From the NCBI GenBank assembly GCA_012518595.1, contig JAAYRV010000004.1:1-50303 (forward strand): a stretch of 50,303 bases of DNA, in the 5' to 3' direction. This stretch comes from Bacillota bacterium (GTDB lineage Bacteria; Bacillota; SHA-98; UBA4971). Under the pieces are notes generated by a model. The model saw only the letters and a list, made by a program, of their open reading frames with translations, was not told the DNA's origin and did not search any database. Within the stretch, counting starts at the first letter, position 1. Each line of letters opens with the position of its first letter. This document shows, piece by piece, positions 9,762-17,304 of the stretch. The translations under genes were made by a program, and so were the position numbers.

Positions 9762-10109
9762 ATGAAGACAGAGGTCAGGGTCATTGGCCGTGTTCTGGTA
9801 GTCGGAATCTGGGGCGAACTTGACCTGAATACGGTACCGAGCTTCCGCAGCGCAGTTGAAGAGCAGCTCGATGCGAATCCTGATGTAATCGACATCCTTC
9901 TTATGATGAGTAATGTTACCTTTATTGATAGCTCAGGGTTGGGAGTAATTCTAGGCAGACACAAAAGACTCAATGCCCATGGCGGGAATGTCATAGTAGC
10001 ATCCCCCTCTCTGCAAGCAAGAAAAGCCCTTGAATTATCAGGCTTGGCAGGCGTCATTCCTATTTGCGACACGGAAGATGAGGCATGGGCCAAGGCTCGG
10101 GGGGTGTGA
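9762..10109 (+). CDS. spoIIAA: Anti-sigma F factor antagonist SpoIIAA (STAS domain)
   Basis: 115-aa STAS protein with the FIDSSGLGVILG phosphoserine motif, upstream of spoIIAB-sigF. Confidence 0.92.
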   Translation: MKTEVRVIGRVLVVGIWGELDLNTVPSFRSAVEEQLDANPDVIDILLMMSNVTFIDSSGLGVILGRHKRLNAHGGNVIVASPSLQARKALELSGLAGVIPICDTEDEAWAKARGV

Positions 10110-10113
10110 CCTG

Positions 10114-10566
10114 ATGAGCGTGACAAACTATGTAACTCTGGAGTTTCCCGCGGTTCCGGAAAACGTGGAGTTTGCCAGAGTCGCAGTTGCGTGTTTCGCG
10201 TCGCAAATTAACTCTTTCACGTTGGAGGAAATTGATGATGTAAAACTAGTGGTGTCAGAAGCTATATCCAACACTGTGCTCCACAGCTACGATGTTTCCG
10301 GAGGACTTGTTCGATTATCGGCAGTAAGAAACGGTGATACTCTAACTGTCATAATCGAGGACTTTGGGAAGGGAATAGCAGACGTAGATCAGGCGAAGGC
10401 GCCGGCATTTACAACGGATCCCGATAGGATGGGTATGGGGTTCACAATAATGGAAGCATTGTCAGACGAACTCCGTGTATCTTCAGTCCCTGGAAAAGGG
10501 GTTAAGGTTGAGATGAGAAAGTCACCTCATGGGGCGGCGAAGGACAGTGATGAACCGGAAGCTTAG
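10114..10566 (+). CDS. spoIIAB: Anti-sigma F factor SpoIIAB (serine kinase)
   Basis: HATPase_c-type motifs (EAISNTVLH, DFGKGI, GMGF). ATG at 10114. About 150 aa, as expected. Confidence 0.92.
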   Translation: MSVTNYVTLEFPAVPENVEFARVAVACFASQINSFTLEEIDDVKLVVSEAISNTVLHSYDVSGGLVRLSAVRNGDTLTVIIEDFGKGIADVDQAKAPAFTTDPDRMGMGFTIMEALSDELRVSSVPGKGVKVEMRKSPHGAAKDSDEPEA

Positions 10567-11314
10567 TCAAATTCAATTTCCCACCGGGCCCCTCCTCACC
10601 GATGAAGAGGTGCATGAGCTAAAGAGGCGTATCCGCGCCGGGGATGGAGATGCACGCGAGGAATTAGTCTCGCGAAATCTTCGCCTAGTTATGAGTATAG
10701 TGAATAGGTTTTCCCTTGACGTAGATGACAAGGAAGACCTGTTCCAGGTAGGATGTATCGGGCTTCTGAAAGCAGCGGACCGATTTGACGAATCATGCGG
10801 GACTCGCTTCTCTACGTATGCTGTGCCGGTTATCCTCGGAACAATTCGGGAACACCTTCGCTCCCTGGGGCGGCTTAAGATTGGAAGAACGCTTCGTGAC
10901 AGAGCTGCCAAGGTTGAAGAATCATTAGATGCTCTCAGGGCTGAATTAGGAAGGGAGCCCAGCATTGATGAAATCGCCAAGAAAACCGGACTGCGTAACG
11001 AAGAGATAGTTGAGGCCCAAGAAGTCTTGAGGCCCATAGTATCTCTTTCCCAACCTGTCTCCTCCGATGATTCTCTGAATATTGAGGATAGAATTGCCTC
11101 CTTTTCCTTTGCAGACGAGAAAATAGAGTCTATTGCCCTTCAACAAGCTATAACGCTTCTCGATCCCACTGAACGCGCTATAGTCGAGATGCGGTTCTTT
11201 GCTGAACTAAGGCAGGTGCAAGTCGCTGAGCGACTTGGTATCTCCCAACCACAAGTAAGCAAAATTGAGAAAAGCGCACTGAAACGCTTGCGACAAGAGC
11301 TCGATGTCATGTAG
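10550..11314 (+). CDS. sigF: RNA polymerase sporulation sigma factor SigF
   Basis: Sigma-70 regions 2-4 (NLRLVMSIVNRF, FSTYAVPVILG, ISQPQVSKIEKSAL). Third gene of the spoIIA operon. Confidence 0.92.
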   Translation: MNRKLSQIQFPTGPLLTDEEVHELKRRIRAGDGDAREELVSRNLRLVMSIVNRFSLDVDDKEDLFQVGCIGLLKAADRFDESCGTRFSTYAVPVILGTIREHLRSLGRLKIGRTLRDRAAKVEESLDALRAELGREPSIDEIAKKTGLRNEEIVEAQEVLRPIVSLSQPVSSDDSLNIEDRIASFSFADEKIESIALQQAITLLDPTERAIVEMRFFAELRQVQVAERLGISQPQVSKIEKSALKRLRQELDVM

Positions 11315-11460
11315 CAGGCGAATGTATTTTCTTGCTGTATCTTCATTTCCCTCAAGCCTTATTTGCCTCTCTTCCGCATGCCACCGAATCCCTTGAATTG
11401 CGGGAGAATTAAACCCTTATCACATGCGCATAATTAGAAAAGAGAAAGGGGGCACAGCAG

Positions 11461-11667
11461 GTGTCAGTAGTCAAAGTTGTGGAATTACTTGGTGAGTCAA
11501 CGACAAGCTGGGAGCACGCGATACAGGAGGCTGTAGGCGCAGCGTCCAAGACTATTCGGAATATCACAGGCGTCGAAGTATTGAATATGACCGCCTCCAT
11601 AGAAAATGGCAAGATCGCAAAATACAAAGCCAATGTCAATGTGGCTTTCTCCGTGGACGGTACCTAA
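11461..11667 (+). CDS. Dodecin family (small flavin-binding) protein
   Basis: 68 aa. VVKVVELLGESTTSWEHAIQEAVGAASKTIRNITGVEV...GKIAKYKANVNVAF matches the recalled dodecin pattern. GTG start after AAAGGGGG. Confidence 0.7.
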   Translation: MSVVKVVELLGESTTSWEHAIQEAVGAASKTIRNITGVEVLNMTASIENGKIAKYKANVNVAFSVDGT

Positions 11668-11768
11668 GTATGAGTTCATTAGTTTTCGCTCGTTTTCCAA
11701 GGTCTTGGGTGGTCCCGCACGGTACGTACACTTTCTAGAACCAGCGATCACTTATGGTGGTCTACTGA
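11665..11768 (+). repeat. Mosaic interspersed repeat, copy A (minimal ~104-bp form)
   Basis: TAAGTATGAGTTCATTAGTTTTCGCTCGTTTTCCAAGGTCTTGGGTGGTCCCGCACGGTACGTACAC...GATCACTTATGGTGGTCTACTGA. Shares its left module, core and right module with copies B-E. Confidence 0.85.
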
Positions 11769-11812
11769 GTAATAGCTCATTTCGGATGCATTAGTCAGGG
11801 GGTATATCGAAG

Positions 11813-12319
11813 GTGCCGTCTGAGAAGGCTAAGAAGCAGATAACAAAGATGCCTGAGACTACTCAGAAGGCCCAAGAGCAAAAGCGAAGGCAAGAGGTTT
11901 ATAAGCAACTGGTGGCCGAAAGGAAACCAAAGCCTCCGTATCTCCGAAATTTTCTTGTTGCGTTTGTGACAGGCGGCGCCATTTGTTTAATAGGCCAAGT
12001 TGTCTTAGGCATCTTTATGCGGCGGGGAATGGATATCAATGCAGCGTCTGCGCCTACTCTTGCGGTCATGATTCTCTTGGGCATCGCCCTGACTGCATTC
12101 GGGGTTTATGATGAGTTCGCAGAGTTCGCCGGGGCCGGAGCTGCAGTGCCTATCACAGGGTTCGCTAACACAATCGCTGCGTCTGCCATTGATTTCAAGC
12201 ATGAAGGTTGGGTTTTGGGCATGGGGGCTAAGATGTTTATCATTGCAGGTCCTGTCATCGTCTATGGTATTTTAAGCGGAGTCTTTGCCGCTTTCATAAA
12301 GTTCATTACCAGGTTGTAA
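11813..12319 (+). CDS. spoVAC: Stage V sporulation protein AC
   Basis: Membrane protein with VPITGFANTIA...GPVIVYG motifs, followed by spoVAD and spoVAE. Confidence 0.88.
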   Translation: MPSEKAKKQITKMPETTQKAQEQKRRQEVYKQLVAERKPKPPYLRNFLVAFVTGGAICLIGQVVLGIFMRRGMDINAASAPTLAVMILLGIALTAFGVYDEFAEFAGAGAAVPITGFANTIAASAIDFKHEGWVLGMGAKMFIIAGPVIVYGILSGVFAAFIKFITRL

Positions 12320-12340
12320 CCTGAAGGGGCATACGGCGCT

Positions 12341-13351
12341 GTGGCATCAAAGAAGATTGGAAAGGCAACTGTCAAGTTCATAAATCCCCCGGTTATCATT
12401 GGGACAGGCACTGTAGTAGGACCTATGGAGGGACGTGGACCCCTTGCCGAGGATTTCGACGTGATATTGCCTGACCTGACTTGCGGGGAGAAGACCGCGG
12501 AAAGAAGTGAGCGGAAAATCCTGGAGCAAGCTGCCCAGATTGCTATAGAACGTTCAGGGATTGCAAAGAGCATGATCGATTACTACATTGCAGGCGATCT
12601 TTTGAATCAAATCATCTCAGCAAGCTTCTCCGCAAGGCAGCTGGCCATACCTTTTCTTGGCGTTTATGGGGCGTGCTCCACGTGTGCTATGGGAACGGCC
12701 CTCGGAGGCATGATCATTGACGGTGGGTTCGCTGATTACGTTCTGATTGCGTGCTCAAGTCATTATCAGACAGCGGAACGCCAATTTCGGTACCCGATAG
12801 AATTAAATGTTCAACACAAGCCTACGTCCCAGTATACTGTGACCGGCGCCGGGGCTTTGGTTCTCGCATCTTCCGGGAACGGGGCAAGGGTTACTTGGGC
12901 CACTACCGGTAAGGTCATAGATCTTGGGATTAAAGACCCATACAACTTAGGCGCTGCCATGGCACCTGCTGCTGCCGACACCTTGCTTCGGCATGTAGCT
13001 GACACCGGACATGGTCCGGATGCGTATGACTTAATCCTCACAGGTGATCTCGGGCGCCTTGGATCCGAGCTCTTCCGAGAGTTGACAAAAGACGCAGGTT
13101 GTGACTGTGGGAATAATCACAATGATTGTGGCCTTATGATCTTTGACACAAAGACCCAACGGGTAGGGGCCGGGGCGAGTGGATGTGCGTGTCCGGCCGT
13201 CATTACACTGGGCCATGTACTAAGGGAAATGGAAAGGGGAAAACTGAAGCGCGTTTTGCTCATAGCTACCGGCGCCTTGCTAAGTCCGTTAAGCTCGCAA
13301 CAAGGAGAGACTATTCCCGGAGTTGGCCATGCTATTGTAATTGAGTGGTAG
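12341..13351 (+). CDS. spoVAD: Stage V sporulation protein AD (thiolase-like fold)
   Basis: 336 aa. N-terminal GKATVKF.NPPVIIGTGTVVGPMEG is typical of SpoVAD. Operon context supports the call. Confidence 0.9.
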   Translation: MASKKIGKATVKFINPPVIIGTGTVVGPMEGRGPLAEDFDVILPDLTCGEKTAERSERKILEQAAQIAIERSGIAKSMIDYYIAGDLLNQIISASFSARQLAIPFLGVYGACSTCAMGTALGGMIIDGGFADYVLIACSSHYQTAERQFRYPIELNVQHKPTSQYTVTGAGALVLASSGNGARVTWATTGKVIDLGIKDPYNLGAAMAPAAADTLLRHVADTGHGPDAYDLILTGDLGRLGSELFRELTKDAGCDCGNNHNDCGLMIFDTKTQRVGAGASGCACPAVITLGHVLREMERGKLKRVLLIATGALLSPLSSQQGETIPGVGHAIVIEW

Positions 13352-13367
13352 AAAGAAGGTATGACCT

Positions 13368-13718
13368 GTGGACTACATAGTTGCATTTCTCATAGGAGGG
13401 CTAATCTGCGGTTTAGGCCAATTGGTATTAGATCTGACAACTCTTCTGCCCGGACATATGCTTGTGCTGTTTACAGTGCTCGGAGCTATTACAGGTGGTT
13501 TAGGTCTTTACCAGCCTTTTCTCAAATTTGCAAAAGCAGGCGCGCTGGTGCCGGTCACGGGATTCGGGGCTTCGATTGCCAAGGGATCTCTTTTAGAGGC
13601 AGAACGAACCGGGATTATCGGCTTGTTTACAGGGGCATTTGAATTTACCGGGCAGGGGCTGGCAATAGCCGTATTCTTCAGTGCTATAGCTGCCCTTTTC
13701 TTCAGCCCACGATCTTAA
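13368..13718 (+). CDS. spoVAE: Stage V sporulation protein AE (SpoVAEB-type)
   Basis: 116-aa membrane protein paralogous to SpoVAC (VPVTGFGASIAKG). Confidence 0.88.
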   Translation: MDYIVAFLIGGLICGLGQLVLDLTTLLPGHMLVLFTVLGAITGGLGLYQPFLKFAKAGALVPVTGFGASIAKGSLLEAERTGIIGLFTGAFEFTGQGLAIAVFFSAIAALFFSPRS

Positions 13719-13747
13719 GGACCGCCGGACGTAGGCATTCATTGCCT

Positions 13748-13955
13748 GAGCATGAGTTCATTAGTTTTCGCTCGTTCTCCGAGATCCTGGGTTGCCGGTA
13801 ATTGCGACGAGGGGTGTCAAACTTCGGCCATTAGCCTACAGGCCGGATTTTGTCAAGGAGACCCGCTTGGGGAGCCGTCCCCGAGTGCAACACCGGCAAT
13901 TCCGCACAGTAGGTACACTTTCTGGAACCGGCGATTACTTATGGTGATCTACTTA
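13748..13955 (+). repeat. Mosaic interspersed repeat, copy B (with ~90-nt central block)
   Basis: Same left and right modules as copy A. The central block AATTGCGACGAGGGGTGTCA...CCGTCCCCGAGTGC is shared with copy D. Confidence 0.85.
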
Positions 13956-14035
13956 CTGTATGTCTTCGTACCAAATAACAATTAAAGTAGATGGAAGGCA
14001 TATTGCACATGGACAAAGGATGGTGACAATCCTCT

Positions 14036-15058
14036 GTGAAAGAGACTATAGGGTTCCCTCGGGCTCTTCTATTCTATTATTATTATCCGGCTTGGAAGAC
14101 GTTTTTTGAATCCCTTGGCCAGACTTGCCAAGTCTCAGGCAAGACCACAAAGGCAATGATCGATTCAGGGATCAAGGTTACAGTAGACGAGGCGTGTCTG
14201 CCGGTAAAAGCTTTCCATGGCCATGTGCAGAGTCTTTCCGGTGAATGTGACAGAGTGTTCGTTCCGAGACTGGTATCTGTTGAAAAAAAGGCATACATAT
14301 GTCCGAAACTAATGGGCCTTCCTGATATGGTAAGACATAATTGCACCGGTATCCGGCAAATACTGGACCCATGTATTGATATGAGTAGAAACCGAAAAGC
14401 CTTCGCAAAAGAAGTGTATACGACAGGTAGGCTTTTCACACGAAATCCGCTGAAGATATCTGCTGCGAGACAAAAGGCTGAGTATACATATGAAATGTTT
14501 ACTCGGCTCCTCCAGGCAGGGCTTGCACCTATTGAAGCTATGACAAAGATGAACTTGCACGATGCCCCGGATTCTTGGAACTCCGGCACGTCCCATAATG
14601 CTCCGGCTTTCGAAAAAGCGGTGGGAGCTCGGCCCCTCGTCATAGGCCTTCTGGGGCATCCTTATATTATTTATGATTCGTTTCTCGGAATGAACGTTTT
14701 AGATAGGCTTAAGCTGATGCGTGCAAACGTAGTGACTATGGATATGCTGCCGCCTACGATGATTGAAAGGGAGGCAGCGAAGTCGCGTAAGCGGGTATTC
14801 TGGACCATGGGGAGAAAGCTGCTTGGAGCAGGCTACTACTTTCTGAGACCGGGAACTGTAGACGGTTGCCTCCAAATGAGCGCGTTTGCCTGTGGTCCCG
14901 ACTCTTTCATCAGCGAGCTTCTACAACAAGAGTCAGCCAGAAGTCAGCGGAAGGTTCCATTCATGACGATCATAGTTGACGAACACACAGGAGAAGCCGG
15001 CGTCCACACGAGACTTGAGGCTTTCCTGGATATTGCGGAGAGGTCGCGTCCAGGGTGA
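14036..15058 (+). CDS. Acyl-CoA dehydratase activase-related protein (DUF2229-type)
   Basis: IGFPRALLFYYYYPAWKTFFESLG...VDEACLPVKAFHGHV is typical of the non-ATPase partner of BcrAD/BadFG-type activases. Confidence 0.7.
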   Translation: MKETIGFPRALLFYYYYPAWKTFFESLGQTCQVSGKTTKAMIDSGIKVTVDEACLPVKAFHGHVQSLSGECDRVFVPRLVSVEKKAYICPKLMGLPDMVRHNCTGIRQILDPCIDMSRNRKAFAKEVYTTGRLFTRNPLKISAARQKAEYTYEMFTRLLQAGLAPIEAMTKMNLHDAPDSWNSGTSHNAPAFEKAVGARPLVIGLLGHPYIIYDSFLGMNVLDRLKLMRANVVTMDMLPPTMIEREAAKSRKRVFWTMGRKLLGAGYYFLRPGTVDGCLQMSAFACGPDSFISELLQQESARSQRKVPFMTIIVDEHTGEAGVHTRLEAFLDIAERSRPG

Positions 15059-16143
15059 AACTGACCTTTGCGCGTCTGGGCAATATGCACATAGCAGGGA
15101 AAGCTCTTTTCGAAGCGCTGGGAATTGACGTAGTGCTTCCTCCACCTCCCACGAAACGCACAATGTCTCTGGGCTCCCTCTACTCGCCTGAGTTCGCATG
15201 TCTTCCGCTGAAAGTGAATATCGGGAACTACCTGGAAGCTTTGGAGAAAGGAGCGGATACAATTGTAATGGTAGGAGGCATAGGCCCATGCCGCCTTGGG
15301 TTATATGGCGAGATCCAACGTCAAATCTTGGAAGGGCTCAGGTGCGATTTCAAGATGATTGTGGTGGAGCCGCCGCAAGGGAGACTCGACCGTGTTGTCA
15401 GGCAATTGCGGGAGATTATCGGACCTCAACCTATCACACGGTACATTCGCGCTCTGCATCTCGGCTGGAGTAAACTAGCGAGTATAGACACTTTGGAGAA
15501 ACTTGCTCTTGAGCTTCGTCCGTTTGAAAATTCAAAGGGTGAAGTCTCATTTGCCTTCGAGGCCGCTTTGAAGTGTATAGAAGAGGCGGGTACGCCGAAA
15601 GAGGTAACTTCTGCCGCAGAAAACGGACAAACGGCGATGAAGTCCGTCTGCAAGAAGACAGACTCAGATAAACCTCGAATCGGTATTGTGGGAGAAGTAT
15701 TCATGGTCCTCGAACCTTTTGTCAACTGTGAGATTGAGAAACGCCTGGGCGAGATGGGAGTGGTAGTACTGAGATCAATCTACCTCAGTGATTGGATAGT
15801 GGAGCATGTGGTAAAGGACGTGTTTCGCATTCTTCGGAAGTCCAAGCTTCCATATGAATTGGCCAAGCCTTACTTATGTCACTTCGTCGGGGGCCACGGC
15901 GTGGAAACGATAGCGTCTACTGTGGACTATGCAAAGCAGGGTTTGGACGGCGTAATTCAGGTGGCTCCTTTCACATGTATGCCGGAAATCATAGCTCAAG
16001 ACATACTACCTACCGTTTCGAAGGAGCTCGGGATTCCCGTAATGACTCTTGTTCTTGATGAGCATTCGTCGGGCACAGGGGTCTTGACGCGTCTCGAAGC
16101 TTTTGTTGACTTAGTCCGGATGTCACGCCGCGCAAGGAGATGA
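15055..16143 (+). CDS. Acyl-CoA dehydratase activase-related protein (second DUF2229-like subunit)
   Basis: SPEFACLPLKVNIGNY...GGIGPCRLGLYG and C-terminal VLDEHSSGTGVLTRLEAFVD, which parallels the C-terminus of the previous gene. Overlaps that gene's stop by 4 nt. Confidence 0.65.
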   Translation: MKLTFARLGNMHIAGKALFEALGIDVVLPPPPTKRTMSLGSLYSPEFACLPLKVNIGNYLEALEKGADTIVMVGGIGPCRLGLYGEIQRQILEGLRCDFKMIVVEPPQGRLDRVVRQLREIIGPQPITRYIRALHLGWSKLASIDTLEKLALELRPFENSKGEVSFAFEAALKCIEEAGTPKEVTSAAENGQTAMKSVCKKTDSDKPRIGIVGEVFMVLEPFVNCEIEKRLGEMGVVVLRSIYLSDWIVEHVVKDVFRILRKSKLPYELAKPYLCHFVGGHGVETIASTVDYAKQGLDGVIQVAPFTCMPEIIAQDILPTVSKELGIPVMTLVLDEHSSGTGVLTRLEAFVDLVRMSRRARR

Positions 16144-16149
16144 TTTCCG

Positions 16150-17109
16150 GTGGCAGGGTCAGGATATCTCGGAGTGGATGTGGGTTCTGTCAGCACTAAC
16201 TTAGTGCTGATCGATGAGGCAGGAGTGTTACTGGAGAAGATCTATCTGAGGACTCAGGGAGATCCGATAGGCGCTGTAAAGGAAGGAATGCGGCAACTTG
16301 CCGCTGTTGCCGGTGATATGAAGATTCTCGGAGTAGGAACATCAGGAAGCGGCCGGAAGTTGGCAGGAGTGATCCTCGGCGCTGATTGCGTCAAGAATGA
16401 GATTACCGCTCATGCAGTAGCTGCCAACCATAAGGTGCCAGGTGCCCAAACGGTAATTGAAATCGGCGGCCAAGACTCAAAAATCATCATTCTCAGGCAG
16501 GGGGTGGTTATTGACTTCGCCATGAATACTGTGTGCGCAGCAGGCACAGGGTCTTTCTTGGAGCAACAAGCTGCCAGGCTCGGTATTGCCATAGATAAAT
16601 TCGGCAAACTTGCGCTTGGGGCTGTAACTCCTGTGAGAATCGCAGGCAGATGTGCAGTATTTGCTGAGTCAGATATGATACATAAGCAGCAAATGGGACA
16701 CAGGATTGAAGACATAATTTCCGGTTTGTGTGAGGCGCTTGTCCGAAACTACTTGAATAATGTAGGGAAGGGGAAAGCTATTGAACCGCCTGTAGTTTTC
16801 CAGGGCGGCGTTGCTGCCAATGCCGGCATGAAAGCTGCTTTTGAAAAAGAACTAGTCACACAAGTCATCGTGCCGGAACATTATGATGTAATGGGTGCCT
16901 TAGGCGCTGCACTGGTGGCTGCCGAGGAGAAAAGCAGAAAAGACGGGCAATCCACATTTCGTGGATTCAAGGCGCTTAACAGAGACTATGCTACCAGGAC
17001 CTTCGAATGTAGCGGCTGTCCGAACCTTTGTGAAATCGTAAATATTACTATGGATAATGAGGTTATTGCCAGATGGGGTTCCAGGTGCGGCAGGTGGGAT
17101 TCACTGTGA
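16150..17109 (+). CDS. BadF/BadG/BcrA/BcrD-type ATPase (CoA-substrate-specific enzyme activase)
   Basis: ASKHA-fold motifs (LGVDVGSVSTN, EIGGQDSK, CAAGTGSF). C-terminal Cys cluster CSGCPNLC...RCGRW. Confidence 0.75.
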   Translation: MAGSGYLGVDVGSVSTNLVLIDEAGVLLEKIYLRTQGDPIGAVKEGMRQLAAVAGDMKILGVGTSGSGRKLAGVILGADCVKNEITAHAVAANHKVPGAQTVIEIGGQDSKIIILRQGVVIDFAMNTVCAAGTGSFLEQQAARLGIAIDKFGKLALGAVTPVRIAGRCAVFAESDMIHKQQMGHRIEDIISGLCEALVRNYLNNVGKGKAIEPPVVFQGGVAANAGMKAAFEKELVTQVIVPEHYDVMGALGAALVAAEEKSRKDGQSTFRGFKALNRDYATRTFECSGCPNLCEIVNITMDNEVIARWGSRCGRWDSL

Positions 17110-17159
17110 CGATGCTGACAAAGGCCGCAGTCAAAGCGGACACAAAGCGGAGAACTCTC

Positions 17160-17188
17160 TTGACCGCAGATAGCTTGCATGCTATTAT
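17160..17188 (+). promoter_or_regulatory. Sigma-A-type promoter upstream of lysA
   Basis: TTGACC, 17-nt spacer, TATTAT. An AGCTTG/CAAGCT inverted repeat (17173-17200) brackets the -10. Confidence 0.55.
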
Positions 17189-17272
17189 GTGAAACAAGCT
17201 ATCACTTGGATTAGAACGGAATTGATGGTGCAGGGAAGATTAACTGGGACTAATATCAAGAGACACGAACTT

Positions 17273-17302
17273 GCGGACAAGGTAAGCCGGTCCGCTGTTT
17301 TT
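17273..17302 (+). terminator. Terminator-like hairpin inside the lysA leader (possible attenuator)
   Basis: GCGGAC, 11-nt loop, GTCCGC, then TGTTTTT. It ends 2 nt before ATG 17305 and just upstream of the GGGAGAGG RBS of the alternative TTG start. Confidence 0.35.
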
Positions 17303-17304
17303 GG

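Noticed and set aside
11606-11794. Small ORFs inside repeat copies (11606-11794, 13752-13985, 21772-21960, 32742-32954) with recurring peptide strings, which could be mistaken for a small-protein family.
   Set aside because: Similarity is at the DNA level. The frames are interrupted differently in each copy, orientation relative to the element varies, and there are no start signals.
17189-17304. Lysine (L-box) riboswitch upstream of lysA.
   Set aside because: The leader is only ~105-115 nt, against ~180 nt for an L-box, and I cannot find the conserved L-box helices. It is reported only as a possible attenuator hairpin.
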